Source: Tubiluchus corallicola | Lineage: Eukaryota; Animalia; Priapulida | Direction: 5' to 3' | Assembly (NCBI GenBank): GCA_030141605.1 | Contig: JAQGDQ010000849.1 | Span: 23,567 to 87,566, forward strand | DNA length: 64,000 nt | In this document: positions 26,274-39,280 of the stretch, one piece after another | Position numbering within the stretch: position 1 is the stretch's first letter | Layout: every line of letters starts with the position of its first letter | Made by a program: the position numbers and the translations under genes | The notes under the pieces: generated by a model | The model's database searches: none | What the model saw: the letters and a program-made list of their open reading frames with translations, nothing else | What the model was told of the DNA's origin: nothing

Positions 26274-26806
26274 AGGAAAACCGGATGATTGTTTAGACTC
26301 AATCCCATTTTCATTTCTGTCCAAAATATACATTTTCTTGCCTATAAAAGTTAACAATTGTTTCTTATATTTGAATAATTATCTTAGAAAGTTAATTAAC
26401 GGCACCCGAGCGCAGCTATTGTTTACGTCAGAAATTAACCACAGTTTGTGCAATGGTAGGAATCTTCCCTGCGCGTCAAGCACATTTGCGTAAGTGTTAC
26501 TGTACTGTTTAAACGAACGATGTCGCGAAAAATGGGCTTTACATCATATGACATCAAAACCTAACACTGCAGTTCATGATCATGGTTATCACGGTACCAC
26601 CTTCTATTTGTCATGTGACAAAAAGGCGCTGTTGCCAATCTTAGTAGAAGACTCACTGAGCCGCGCGTAGCTTTGAAAGTTTAACAAAATTTGAGTAACC
26701 GAGGTAATTATTATTTAATCTAAGCTTTGATTTAAAAAAAGCTATTGTAGTTTTCAATATTTTAGGGCATTCTTTATTCTGAACTAATGTTTATACAATT
26801 ATCCGG
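26274..26806 (-). mobile_element. TTAA-target MITE family B, reverse copy lacking one terminus
   Basis: Reverse complement of 29815-30359. Confidence 0.88.
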
Positions 26807-27789
26807 TGGACCCATACAGCAATTGCTGTAATTTTACCAATAGCGATGCACGAAGTTTTTTCGGCCATTTATGCTTTTGACTTGTTGTTTTATCTGTACC
26901 TTCCGTATCTTTGAAAGAATCTAATGGAATGACTCAAATTTTTGGTGTTTGTACGTAGGTATCTATAAGGTCAGTGTGGCAATTTTCATGGACGCCGCCA
27001 GAGTTTAAAAAATTAGACGCACAAGCAGCTAGGGGGTCTGGGGGGGAGCTAAAGGGCGGAGCCCCGGCCGCCAATGCATTTTTCTGTATTTAAGCACATT
27101 TTGGATGCCTTAAATGAGATCTAAATTTCGATTCACAGACTTTCTCAAACGTAAAAAATTCTGCTTTAAGAAATATATTTTACCTACATTTACCTAGGTA
27201 ATATTCATTGTATTCTATTGTAGTAGTCACATATCTTAAAAGCAAGTTCGTAATATACTGCAAAGCGGATGACCCATTACTTAAGCTTAACTTATTTAGT
27301 GTCAAGATTATCTGCCCAGCAAAATGTGGATGTCATTTCACTATGCAAATCAGCTTACTGCTCGGGGATTGTGCAAACAGACAAGGGATAATGTGTTTTT
27401 TAGTTTACTGCTAGAAAAATTATTTAGCCATCAAAAATTTTCTTAAGAAATTCTGTGGACGCATGCGCCGTGGTAATTTTCAATCGGTTCTCTTACTTTC
27501 TTCGTATGATATCGTGATCAAAGCTTCGGTTGATTTTTTGCTCCACCTGGTATGCTTCTTAGCTAATGAAGAAAATTAATAATATCTTCTGTAATTATCA
27601 GTTTTGCTATGAAAACGTTGTTGCAATTAATAAAATTATACCCCCTCGCTTGCAGCTTAATTATTGTAATTAGCGAGGGTGCATTTAATTAATGTAATTA
27701 ATTGTATTTCTTCCGTGTATCGATCTTCTTTCGGTGCTATTCTGTTTTGCTTTTACGATTTGCAAAGCATTCTGTTTTCAAGTTTGAGA

Positions 27790-28515
27790 GTAACGTTTGT
27801 TGATATACTGTTTTTCATATACTGCTTTTGAAATAACGTTTGTTGATATACTGTTTTTCATATACTGTTTTTGAAATGCTGTTTTTGATATACTGTTTTT
27901 GAAATAACGTTTGTTGATATACTGTTTTTGAAATAACGTTCGTTGATATACTGTTTTTGATATGCTGTTTTTGTGGTACCGTTTTTGAAATAACGTTTGT
28001 TGATATGCTGTTTTTGATATACTGTTTTTGAAATAACGTTTGTTGATATACTGTTTTTCATATACTGTTTTTGAAATAACGTTTGTTGATATACTGTTTT
28101 TGATATACCGTTTAAGATATACCGTTTTTGAAATAAGGTTTGTTGATATACTGTTTTTGAAATAACGTTTGTTGATATACTGTTTTTGAAATACTGTTTT
28201 TGATAGACCGTTTTTGATATACTGTTTTTGAAATACCGTTTGTTGATATACCGTTTTTGAAATAACGTTTGTTGATATGCTGTTTTTGATATACTGTTTT
28301 TGAAATACCGTTTGTTGATATACTGTTTTTCATATACTGTTTTTGAAATAACGTTTGTTGATATACTGTTTTTGATATACCGTTTTTGAAATAAGGTTTG
28401 TTGATATACTGTTTTAAATAACGTTTGTTGATAACTGTTTTTGAAATACTGTTTTTGATATACTATTTTTGAAATAACGTTTGTTGATATACTGTTTTTG
28501 AAATAACTATTTTTG
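27790..28515. repeat. Minisatellite of alternating 13-15-bp units
   Basis: TGATATACTGTTTT and GAAATAACGTTTGT units in irregular higher-order arrangement. Confidence 0.96.
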
Positions 28516-28559
28516 ATTCAAGGACATAGCACATACAATAGAACAACATACATACGTAT

Positions 28560-28895
28560 AAAAGTCTTGATATCATAGACTTATTATTTTAAATTATAAC
28601 AGTTAATCAATCTGATTGCTCTGAGTTATCAGATCTGCATTCAAGGATTATCTAGTATTAATTTTTCTAACTTCTGCATCTTCTGACGAATTTAAAAGCA
28701 CAAACTTCTCATTAGGAGACACATACTGGCCAAGCCAGAGCAAAAATCAGAAAGAACATTAAAACATTTCTCTCTTATATGAACGTACAGTGATTACATA
28801 CAATTCATCCTCTACTCTACATCCTCATCCTCAAACAACAATTTTTACATACTCCTTGTTCTACTGGTATTTTTTGGCTTATGATATCTACCGCT
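28560..28895 (-). mobile_element. CR1/L2-group LINE 3' fragment (same family as 22180-22760)
   Basis: Shares AAAACATTTCTCTCTTATATGAACGTACAGTG and flanks with ~22350-22490. Confidence 0.7.
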
Positions 28896-28915
28896 TATGA
28901 TTTCTATGCTACTCT

Positions 28916-29080
28916 ACACTATACTATACTGTACTGTACTGTACTGTGCTGTGCTGTGCTGTGCTGCGCTGCGCTGCGCTGCACTGCACTGCACTGCACT
29001 GCACTGCACTACACTACACTACACTACACTACACTACACTACACTACACTACACTACACTACACTGCATTACACTACACT
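28916..29080. repeat. Pentanucleotide gradient microsatellite (RYRCT)n
   Basis: ACACT, ATACT x2, GTACT x3, GTGCT x4, GCGCT x3, GCACT x6, then ACACT xn. Confidence 0.97.
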
Positions 29081-29089
29081 TAGAAAGTG

Positions 29090-29480
29090 AACATATGAAC
29101 ATACGTCTAGAAACAGAATTAATTGACTGAAAAATGAAAATTTGATCTGACGTGTAAAAATAGAATTTCTAAAACTAATTTACTTGTGATAGGAGGTGTT
29201 TCTTAAAAGTCCTGCTTGAAGCGGGAAAACAATTTTCTGATACCGAGTTCCATGGATAAGCAACCCAAGGGAAACTGGTCTTGTTAGTGACTGTCATGCA
29301 TCTAAGAATACCGAATAAATCACGAGAAGCACTAGTAAAAACTACTTCGGACAAACTTCAGTGTTGTAGGAACGAAACACAAGAACATCGCTATGGCAGT
29401 CTTCAATATCTAATCACAGAACATTTAAGTGCTAATACATGTAGTAGCGTACGGCATTGATATTGAAATGAGCTTCGGTA
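29090..29480 (-). mobile_element. CR1/L2-like LINE 3' fragment
   Basis: Minus frame reads DLFGILRCMTVTNKTSFPWVAYPWNSVSE...SSRTFKKHLL, typical of an ORF2 C-terminus. Confidence 0.5.
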
Positions 29481-29809
29481 CGGTTCGTGCTTAAAGGAAA
29501 ACTTGATGATTGTGTAAACACGAGTTCAGAATAAAGAATGCTCTAAAAAATTGCGTCCAAGAAAATTGCCACGCTGACGTTATAGATACCTACGTACAAA
29601 CACCAAAAATTTGAGTCATTCCATTAGATTCTTCCAAAGATACGGAAGGTACGGATAAAACAACAAGTCAAAAGCATAAATGGCGGAAAAATCATTGTGC
29701 ATCGCTGTTGGTAAAATTTACAGTAATTGCTGTATGGGTCCACCATTTTCACTTCAAACTAGACGAAGGAATTGCTTCCAACACGTGACATAGTTTCTCA
29801 TTGTTTTAA

Positions 29810-30359
29810 AGGAAACCCGGATGATTGTGTAAACATTAGTTCAGAATAAAGAATACCCTATAATATTGAAACGTACAACAGCTTATTCTAAATCACAGCT
29901 TAGATTAAATAATAACTACCTCGGTTACTCACATTTTGTTAAACTTTCAAAGCTACGCGCGGCTTAGTGAGTCTACTAAGATTGGCAGGGGCGCCTTTTT
30001 GTCACATTCGCGTGGCCGACAAATAGAAGGCGGTACCGTGATAACCATGATCATGAACTACAATGTTAGTTTCATGACGTTATATGATGTAAAGCCAATT
30101 TTTCGTGACATCATGCGTAAAAGCAGTACAGTAACAGTTATGCAAATGTGCTTGACGCGCAAGGGAAGACGGCTGCCATTGCACAAACTGTGGTTAGTTT
30201 CTGACGTAAGCAATAGCTGTGTTCGGTTGCCGTTAATTAACTTTCTAAGCCAATTATTTAAATATAAGGAACAATTGTTAACTTTTATAGGCAAGAAAAT
30301 GTATATTTTGGACAGTAAATTAAAATGGGATTGAGTCTAAACAATCGTTCGGTCTTCCT
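29810..30359 (+). mobile_element. TTAA-target MITE family B, complete copy
   Basis: TTAA|AGGAAACCCGGATGATTGT ... ACAATCGTTCGGTCTTCCT|TTAA. Confidence 0.9.
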
Positions 30360-30387
30360 TTAAGCAACGACTAATATTAACGATTAA

Positions 30388-30779
30388 AGGAAAGGTCAAG
30401 TCTTCTGGCATGTTTCTGGCTTATTTCAATGTTTGCTTACCAATGACATCATTCATGGACCGAAGAAAAGCAACGTACTGTGAATTTAGATATACACAAT
30501 TGTAAAAAAATTAGATTTGAAATGTTTGAATTAGTTTAAGCAGCGCCCGCTTACGGATTGACACGATGCGCTTACGAAAAATCGCGCAGTCTCCCAGTTA
30601 CGTCATAATTTTCAAGCGAATGGCGGCAACCACCAAGTCTGAAAATTTCTATTCAGAGGTAGTACATTTTAAATTTATGCTTTACAGACAGTTATTTGCA
30701 AATTTCTTTGTTATATTTTACTAAGTTTCAGTAACAACAGTAAAATAAACCCAACGTGCTGAGTGAGTTGACCTTTCCT
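30388..30779 (-). mobile_element. TTAA-target MITE family C copy
   Basis: TTAA|AGGAAAGGTCAA ... TTGACCTTTCCT|TTAA perfect 12-bp TIR. Confidence 0.8.
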
Positions 30780-31216
30780 TTAAATTTTTGCTTTAGTTCT
30801 GATTTGTGGCATTTATAACATTATGATCTGATTTTGAATTACATGATTCAAATCAATGACAAAACTGCGTTCTTCTGAGACAGGCTAAGTGGCTTCATAT
30901 TGATCTGCAGGGAATAGTCGCTGAAGATCTTGGCACAGAGCCAGAAAAACTACACTCGCAATTTAATATCGCTTAGAGCTGGCGTTTAAGTGCTACAGGG
31001 TGACCGAAAAATCTACCAACGTGGCGCGCACACTTGAGTTTGAAGAATTTCGGATTACAAGGCAGCAGTTTTACTGACGATTAACTACAACTGTCCATTA
31101 ACTAACGAGGTTTAGCATTGCTTAACTGTTGAGCATGTATGGTGACCACTCAGTTATTTTCAACTAAATAACACAGGATACTGTACACGACGCTGCCATA
31201 CTTAGAAGTTTATTAT

Positions 31217-31730
31217 TTGAGGTACGTTAAACCTAGAAAAATCTCAGCTAAGAATCGTATATGCTCATGCTGTTTTAGAAATGAAATCGAAGGCGAATTA
31301 CACTTTGTTATAAAATGCCCATATTACAGTGATCTCAGAGGACAATTATATAATCACATCAATGTATTTAAACCAGAATTTTTACTTGTGAGCGATGGTG
31401 AGAATTTTTTTTATTCCTGATGGGAAGTAATGATTTAGAAGTAATTAAGGCATTTATTTATTATGTTGAAAAAGCGTTTTTAAGACATGATGAACAATAT
31501 ACTATGTAATGATCATTTCATTGGAAATGAGGCCTAATGAACGAGAATTTATTTTAAATACTATTCATTAAACTTTTCATTTAAATAACTAAAATAACTA
31601 AATGGAAGATTTAATAATATTTGTTTTATTAGTAATTGTTTTGTTTGTCTATGGAGTCATTATATTTCAAAATAGAAATTGTATGAATGTCATGTTTTTC
31701 TTGTATTATATGTATTTTGACACTAATAAA
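31217..31730 (+). mobile_element. LINE 3' fragment with zinc motif and AT-rich 3' UTR
   Basis: RYVKPRKI...RICSCCFRNEIEGELHFVIKCPYYSDLR motif; AATAAA at ~31725. Confidence 0.75.
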
Positions 31731-31874
31731 TATATCTATTATGCTGGTGTACTTGTTTCCTATATCGACACCAGTACGAAAGCGCCCCCTACAAGTGGCT
31801 ACTATGCTTACAGCACCGAGGTACGAAGTTGATGGCAGCCACAGTAGCCCAGACTGCTCGTCTGAATCTATGAA

Positions 31875-32575
31875 GGTCAGTCAGTCGTGAGTTCAGACAG
31901 ACCCCGAGTGTGCGTACCAGATTCGGTGTCACTCAGCTGGTCAGTCAGTCGTGAGTTCAGACAGATCCCGAGTGTGCGTACCAGATTCGGTGTCACTCAG
32001 CTGGTCAGTCAGTCGTGAGTTCAGATGGACCCCGAGTGTGCCTACCAGATCGGTATCACTCAGCTGGTCAGTCAGTCGTGAGTTCAGACGGACCCCGAGT
32101 GTGCGTACCAGATTCGGTGTCACTCAGCTGGTCAGTCAGTCGTGAGTTCAGACAGATCCCGAGTGTGCCTACCAGATCGGTATCACTCAGCTGGTCAGTC
32201 AGTCGTGAGTTCAGACGGACCCCGAGTGTGCGTACCAGATTCGGTGTCACTCAGCTGGTCAGTCAGTCGTGAGTTCAGACGGACCCCGAGTGTGCGTCCC
32301 AGATTCGGTGTCACTCAGCTGGCCAGTCAGTCGTGAGTTCAGATGGACCCCGAGTGTGCCTACCAGATCGGTGTCACTCAGCTGGTCAGTCAGTCGTGAG
32401 TTCAGACGGACCCCGAGTGTGCGTACCAGATTCGGTGTCACTCAGCTGGTCAGTCAGTCGTGAGTTCAGACGGACCCCGAGTGTGCGTACCAGATTCGGT
32501 GTCACTCAGCTGGTCAGTCAGTCGTCAGTTCAGACAGATCCCGAGTGTGCGTACCAGATTCGGTGTCACTCAGCT
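31875..32575. repeat. 63/64-bp GC-rich tandem array, 11 copies
   Basis: Unit GGTCAGTCAGTCGTGAGTTCAGACGGACCCCGAGTGTGCGTACCAGATTCGGTGTCACTCAGCT; no unique spacers. Confidence 0.98.
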
Positions 32576-32738
32576 GCTGGCTAGCTGGAAAATGCACTTA
32601 TACATTGTTATACATTCCACTGATAAATAAAATATAGAGCAATAAATATAATAAAAAAAGCAAAGAGCTGGCTTTTGAGAGATTGGTGATTGAGAAAATG
32701 AATTTTTAAAAGGAAAATAACAACCAGCATCCATTTAA

Positions 32739-33341
32739 CCCTTATAGGGTCACCGGGGGGTAAAAATTACCCCCAGACCGGTTTTTTGCATTTTACCCTT
32801 TTACCATACGCATCCCAGTAAACCTTTTCTATGACTTTTTCTAAATATGTTTTGTGCACAAAATACTTTCAGTTATTTATTTTAGGCGCATTGTCTCACC
32901 TCGAAATAAAAGTGAAAATGCAATATGTCGATTCTTTAAAATTGTCGAAACTTTACTTCTCTTTTCTATACATTATGCGTGCGATGTATCTGATAAAACA
33001 AAATGTCAGTTACTCAAATTACTACACCTAAAGGAAGAAAGTAGTAGACAATAAATTCAAAATAACAATGATTTTTGCACACGCGCTAGCAATGTCGGTT
33101 GTCTACAGTTATTCCAGCATAGATAAGGAACGTAAATAAATGAATTAAAATTTCGTATTACTAGTAAGTCACATGTCTTTAAGTGGTCAGCATAACCACA
33201 AATTATGCTGTTGCTGTTTACTAATGAAACACGGCGGTTTATCAAAATCAAAAGTAATTTACGAATTATGATGGGGGTAATTTTAACCCCCCCCCCCCCC
33301 GTTACCAAAATCAGTTGTAAAAAATCGTGACCCTACAAGGG
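32739..33341. mobile_element. piggyBac-type non-autonomous element (MITE)
   Basis: TTAA|CCCTTATAGGGTCAC ... GTGACCCTACAAGGG|TTAA (14/15 TIR), plus subterminal GGGGGTAA..TTACCCCC palindromic repeats. Confidence 0.9.
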
Positions 33342-33539
33342 TTAAGCAAAGACATGGCTTTTATTCAAACACGAACATCTGCATTGCTACGATCAGTTGT
33401 TCACGTAAGTGTCCACCTGAAGAATGTATAAAAATTGCTCAAATCAGCATTGCGAGAAACAAACAAGAAAATAGTAAATTATAAACTTGCAGATCGTGTT
33501 ATACAAAGTCAAATGACAGAAAGAATGAAATTATGTTCT

Positions 33540-34205
33540 TCGTTTTCCTCTCTTTCTTCTTGTGTTGTTCTAAACATCTATTGGAGCCGCTGTCCTTTAT
33601 TAGAGCACTCCACTGTTTCCTGTCTGCAGCTAAAATTTTCAATTCCTGTGATTCTATTGTTAAATTTGGTTTCAACTGTTGCAAGTCTTTATTAATTTTT
33701 CATATCCAAGTTGTTTTTGGTTTGCTTAGAGGTCGCTTAGTATGTTTCAATGCCTCGTTTAGGCATGCTGATCTTACTGCTGTTGTTTCTGGCAATCTCG
33801 TTAAATTTCCTACCCATGTTAGTCTTCTGATTCTGATTTTGATGCTCCAATGTTTAATGCTAATCTAACTGGTGTTGTTTCTGGCAATCTCGTTAAATTT
33901 CCTACCCATGTTAGTCTGATTCTGATTGTGATGCTCCAATGTTTAATGCTAATCTAACTGGTGTTGTTTCTGGCAATCTCGTTAAATTTCCTAGTCATGT
34001 TAGTCTTCTGATTCTGATTTTGATGCTCCAGTGTTCCTCTTTGGTTCTGTTTAATGCTGATCTTACTGCTGTTGTTTCTGGCAATCTCGTTAAATTTCCT
34101 ACTCATGTTAGTTTTCTGATTCTGATTTTGATGCTCCAGTGTTCCTCTTTGGTTCTGTTTAATGCTGATGTAACTGGTGCTGTTTCTGGGAATCTCATTA
34201 AATGT
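33540..34205 (-). mobile_element. RTE-like LINE 3' fragment with internal ~70-100-bp tandem amplification
   Basis: Minus strand KRPLSKPKTTWI...KDLQQ...LAADRKQWSALI resembles the RTE C-terminus. TGTTTCTGGCAATCTCGTTAAATTTCC is repeated about five times. Confidence 0.6.
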
Positions 34206-34559
34206 CATTGATTTTAGCAGTAACCAATTTCTCACAAAAACAGTGACTAATGCGCGCATTCTAACTAGTCTTTTAGTCAGTTGTACGAAACCGTGCTAGT
34301 CAACATTTCAGAGGGCGCAGAAATATCACATAGACATGACAAGACATGTCTGTCACTGCCACTTGATTAAATTATTCGTCACTACAGTGATCCATTATTC
34401 CCCTTAATATCCTGTTATTCAGGAATAATGCACAAACGAAGTACCGACGTTCTTCTCATTGTACGGTAAACGGCAACGATTACGGATGTTTGAAAACAAC
34501 AGGATAAGAAAACAACGTGTTTGAAAGGACAGTGACAATGAGATGGTGAAGTTTAGTAC

Positions 34560-35199
34560 CACCATCAGCAGCATGAGTAGCAGTGACAATCGGTAACAAC
34601 AACAACGACAACGACAATGGCATCGACAGTGACAACAATAACGGCAATAGTAGCAGCAACGGCAACAAAAAAGCAATAACGTCCAATACAAAGCTGCAAC
34701 ATTAGCACTAGCAACAGTAGCAACAGTAGCAATAGCAACAGCAACAGCAACAAACAACAACAGTACCGCCGCCATCGCCACCACCATCACTACCAACACC
34801 ACCAACACCACCACCACCACCACTACCATCACCACCACCACCACCACCACAACTGCCACCGCCAACACCACCAACACCACCACTAACACCACCACTACTG
34901 GCCATCACCACCACCAACACCACCACCAACACCACCACCACCACCACCACTACCATCACCACCACCACCACCACCACAACTGCCACCGCCAACACTACCA
35001 CCACCACCACCACTAACACCACCACCACCACTACTGGCCATCACCACCACCAACACCACCAACACCACCACCACCACCACTACCATCACCACCACCATCA
35101 CCACAACTGCCACCGCCAACACCACCACCACCACCACCACCACTACTAACACCACCATCACCACTACTGGCCATCACCACCACCAACACCACCACCACC

Positions 35200-35231
<32 letters not shown>

Positions 35232-35240
35232 CAACAAAAT
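34560..35240. repeat. Compound (CCA)/(CAA)/(GCA) low-complexity array with ~130-bp higher-order period
   Basis: ACTACTGGCCATCACC anchor recurs near 34895, 35030 and 35165. Confidence 0.93.
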
Positions 35241-36372
35241 CACAAAGCAACTTCGGCGTTATGAAACCCAAGAGATATCACTGAAGAAAGATACTGGAAA
35301 TTCTACTGTAAGATGCAGCCATTAAGACGAAGGGAAAAGATTAATTTCACGGCACCAGATCAATGGTGATTAATGTGCAGGGAATCATCTACTCCTCTAG
35401 TTCTACTAGGACTTTGTGAATTGATGAATAGGATGAAAGGAACGCGTGGGCGGATTGGAAGCCTTTATACAACATATTATGGCTTCCATTTCTCGATGGC
35501 TTCTCTCTGAATATTATGAAAACTTGTAAAGCTGATTGTGGGAAATATTTGCAGATGTACTTGGATTGCATTCAACGATTGATTTAATTATAATCCGGTA
35601 ATTAAATACATTAATTCAACTAAGGGATAAAAATGCTGTGAGTAAGAAGAAATATGGCAGCATTGTGAGAACACTTCTTACATGTGAAGATTCATAAGCA
35701 GCCATTCTGTGTTTGTTTGTCTGCCTGTCCGTCCATTGGTCTCTCTTTTCTTTCTTCGTTGGTTATTTAGTCAAGCTATTATGAACTTCGTTGGCTAATA
35801 TGAACTTCTTTCTAATTCATTTCTTTTCTCTTTTTCTCTGTCTCTGTCTATTATTTTATCTTAAGTACTCCCTGTTTTTCTCTAATTCTCTCTCTTGTAA
35901 ATTAAGTCGGTTTTTTCACCTTTCATTTTGGTCTTACAAGCTTTGCTTCTTGACCACCATACAGCATTTATTTCTTGTTGACAAACTATTATGTAGTTTA
36001 GTAACTATATTAATATACTTCTGTTAAATTTTTGTTATTATAATTTGAATTTTTTCCCTAACTATATCATGCCATAGTATACTAACGTAGTTCTGTTACA
36101 ATTATTGTAACTATATTTCATTTTCTAATTATAGGGCATAATAGTTAAAGATAATAATGCAAATTGTAACGTAAAAATACATGCTGAAGTGATAATAAAT
36201 AAATTAGCAAAAATTAAAAATTAAAATTAGCAAAAAATTATTTTGTTCATTTGTTAGCTCATTTGTGAGCTTGTTTATTCTTTAATCGTTTATTTCTGTG
36301 TTTGTCTTTTGTTTCTTTATTACTGTTGTTATTAGTTGCAGATTCAGTCACGTTTATCGTTGATCAATTTAA

Positions 36373-36986
36373 AGGAAAACAGTATGATTTTTCACACCCT
36401 ACTCCATTTTGAAGTACAGTAAAGCGCCAATAAGAAGTATACATTCTAACACAATTAAAACTGTAAAAAGCGTTTCTGATAATTAAGTAATAGGTTAAAG
36501 ACTCAACTGATTGCGGGCGAGCTCAACTAGTGATAACATCACAAACTAACATCATTTCTAATGGCACCAACGTTCCAGGAGCGTGTTTTTGAAAGCAAAT
36601 ATTGGAGTACAATATTCGGTCGGATATACAAATATTTGCAAATGTTAAGTTTAAAATTCAAATTTCAAGTTTACCGCAGTGCTCATGCATAAGCTCTCGA
36701 ACGTGCGTACTACGTCACAACCGAACACATCTGAAGAGTACTGAGAGTACAGGACTTGTTTTTTGCACAATACGTTTCCGACATGCAGGAGCTAGTGCCC
36801 GTCTAACTAACGAATGGCGAAGTGCATGTAACAGTGAAGAACTAGTGGCACGAACGTCAAAATTGTGTTTGTGTGGTAATGATTCTTTCACGTAAGTCAT
36901 TTTTGAAAACAATAGAATGTTTCCTTTCAATGTTTTAAAGGGTTGATTGTTTTGAGCTACAGTTTAAGATTGGGTCCGGATTTCCT
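36373..36986 (+). mobile_element. TTAA-target MITE family A, copy 3
   Basis: TTAA|AGGAAAACAG ... TCCGGATTTCCT|TTAA. Confidence 0.88.
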
Positions 36987-37001
36987 TTAAAGCTAGAAAC
37001 G

Positions 37002-37038
<37 letters not shown>

Positions 37039-37246
37039 GATAATGATAATGATAATGATAATGATAATGATAATGATAATGATAATGATAATGATAATGA
37101 TAATGATAATGATAATGATAATGATAATGATAATGATAATGATAATGATAATGATAATGATAATGATAATGATAATGATAATGATAATGATAATGATAAT
37201 GATAATGATAATGATAATGATAATGATAATGATAATGATAATGATG

Positions 37247-37278
<32 letters not shown>

Positions 37279-37281
37279 GAT
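37002..37281. repeat. (ATGATA)n hexanucleotide microsatellite abutting the LTR
   Basis: Direct inspection. Confidence 0.98.
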
Positions 37282-38529
37282 TGTGATATATGTGTGGTGT
37301 ACCACCTATGATATAGGACGCTTTCGTTACGACACCACAAACACGTTTTTGCTACTAATTTCCGATATGTGCTGACACGTGGGTTCAGTGAATCTTTCCA
37401 TTTAAGCATAGTTCACAGGCATGTATACAGAATAGAAGCAAATAAAACAGGTTTTAATAATACCGATAAATTCTGTGTTTAATGAGATAACAAGTAAAAA
37501 CAATTTACTTTAAATCAAAACAATAACAAACTTGTTATAATTATAAACGACGTTTCTAGTTAACTCATGACAAACAGAAGACTAGTTAGCCCCAACCCAG
37601 GTGAGGGAGAAGGATGTAAGGTAAATATACTTATCAGTTGTAGTGAGTGCAGTCGGAAGCTGTCGGATTCTAAAGTTTGACGTTCTCCATCACTCTGGAA
37701 GCTGGAATAACGTGACTAACCGGTTATGCGAACTTCGTGGAATCTTGAGCAGTTACTCTTTCAAAGCTCAGCAGGGGGTGGAATCTTACGTCGCCACTTC
37801 TACAATGCTTGTCAGGTGTACCGAAGTCGTAAGTGGTTACTTCACCAATCCTAGTGGAGTGCAGTGGAGTCCTGACCCGTGGAGCTCGCGGAACTACCAT
37901 TGGTACTACGTCTGGTCATAACCTGGTTGTTTCTGCACCAGATCTCCGGAACTTCTGAACAGCCAGTTTATCGGTGTTTCCGCCTCACGGCTCGAACACC
38001 TAACCCTTTGGTGTGTCAGTGCCCTTTAATCACTTTCTATCTCCACAATAATTAAGACTTGACTTCGATTACTAATGAATGTTCGCCGGAAGCCATATTC
38101 GACGACTTCACTGGCTTAGCACGTTCGACACACTGTGTTGAACCTAGCTTTAATTTCTAGAACAGGTAAAACTGGATGACCTTGTCCTTTAACACGACGA
38201 TTCATTGGCCAGATAGCCTGTTCAGTTGAGCGTATAACCAATCACTTACTTTCTTGTAAAGGAGATCTAGGACAGGTATGAGGTGGGACCCTTCCCAGAG
38301 CTAACTATGTGCATGCTCATATATGTACAGTCACAACTTGCTTTACTGTAGTAGGTAAATTCGCTTAATGAGTAATTAACTAATGACTCATTCAATTAAC
38401 ATAAGTAATTAGCTAAATTAAGCTATTAATGCAACAAAATCATACTAGAATACAGTTCAACTATATTAGAAGGGGTTCCAATGCTGCTCGGTAGTTCTTA
38501 TATTCCAGACTGACGTCACGGACGTCACA
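37282..38529 (-). repeat. 3' LTR of the Gmr1-like element (TGTGA...TCACA)
   Basis: Direct repeat of 43759-45003; about 5 substitutions and 1 indel seen by eye. Weak PPT (GATCGGGGGCTA, minus) at 38530-38541. Confidence 0.95.
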
Positions 38530-39280
38530 TAGCCCCCGATCAAAGAGTATGCCATATACTTTAAAGTTATGGATGGAATATAAGATCTATCGGGTTAGCA
38601 AATACGAATCAAACAAATTATAGATGGCTAGCACAATACCTAGAAGCCATGATTTCAACATTAAGACATCATATCATACGGGCCTGTAAGTTCTACTGAA
38701 AATTAAGAGTACATTCGTAAACCAACAATTCATATGAAGCCTTTCGCAAAGCAGTTAAGCTATCACTATAACCTTTACACATCAGTAAAGTAGGAAATGT
38801 AAGCAACGCCGAACTTCTCCAAGTTCGAATTACATTCAACAGAGCATTCATCAACTCTATACCTAACTATGTGGTACCACAATGAACGTTTTCCTTTAAA
38901 CTTATCAACCGCCACGTGGACTTTACGTGATCTGAAGTTACTATCAGATTAACTAAGCTTCAATATCTGATTCTGAACTAATGGCCAACATGTTCAGCAT
39001 ATAAACATTGGTAGGCTCATGCCTTTCCAATACACAAGGGGCCTCCATCGTCCCTTGAAGGAGCACTAACAGGTGCAATACAGTTGGTATGTACCTTGGC
39101 GTAGGATGCACATAGAGCATTCAACCCTATGTCATCAAAGTAGAAATTACGATATTTTAGGGCTTGCCAATTATAATTCAACCAAATAGATACGAGATTA
39201 AACACAAACACAATGTTACGACATTATCACTTTAAATGTTTCTGGCTATTTACAAGTTACAGTTTTCTTTCTGGTCACTG

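Noticed and set aside
31875-32575. CRISPR-like array
   Set aside because: Units are contiguous near-identical repeats with no unique spacers, there are no cas genes, and the context is eukaryotic.
35240-35600. Coding-like stretch (KERVGGLEAFIQHIMASISRW)
   Set aside because: Stops occur in all frames; it may be a decayed LINE fragment but is too weak to call.
37643-37921. 92-aa ORF repeated at 44121-44399
   Set aside because: It is duplicated only because it lies in the LTRs; it is antisense to the element, starts at GTG and has no recognisable domain.
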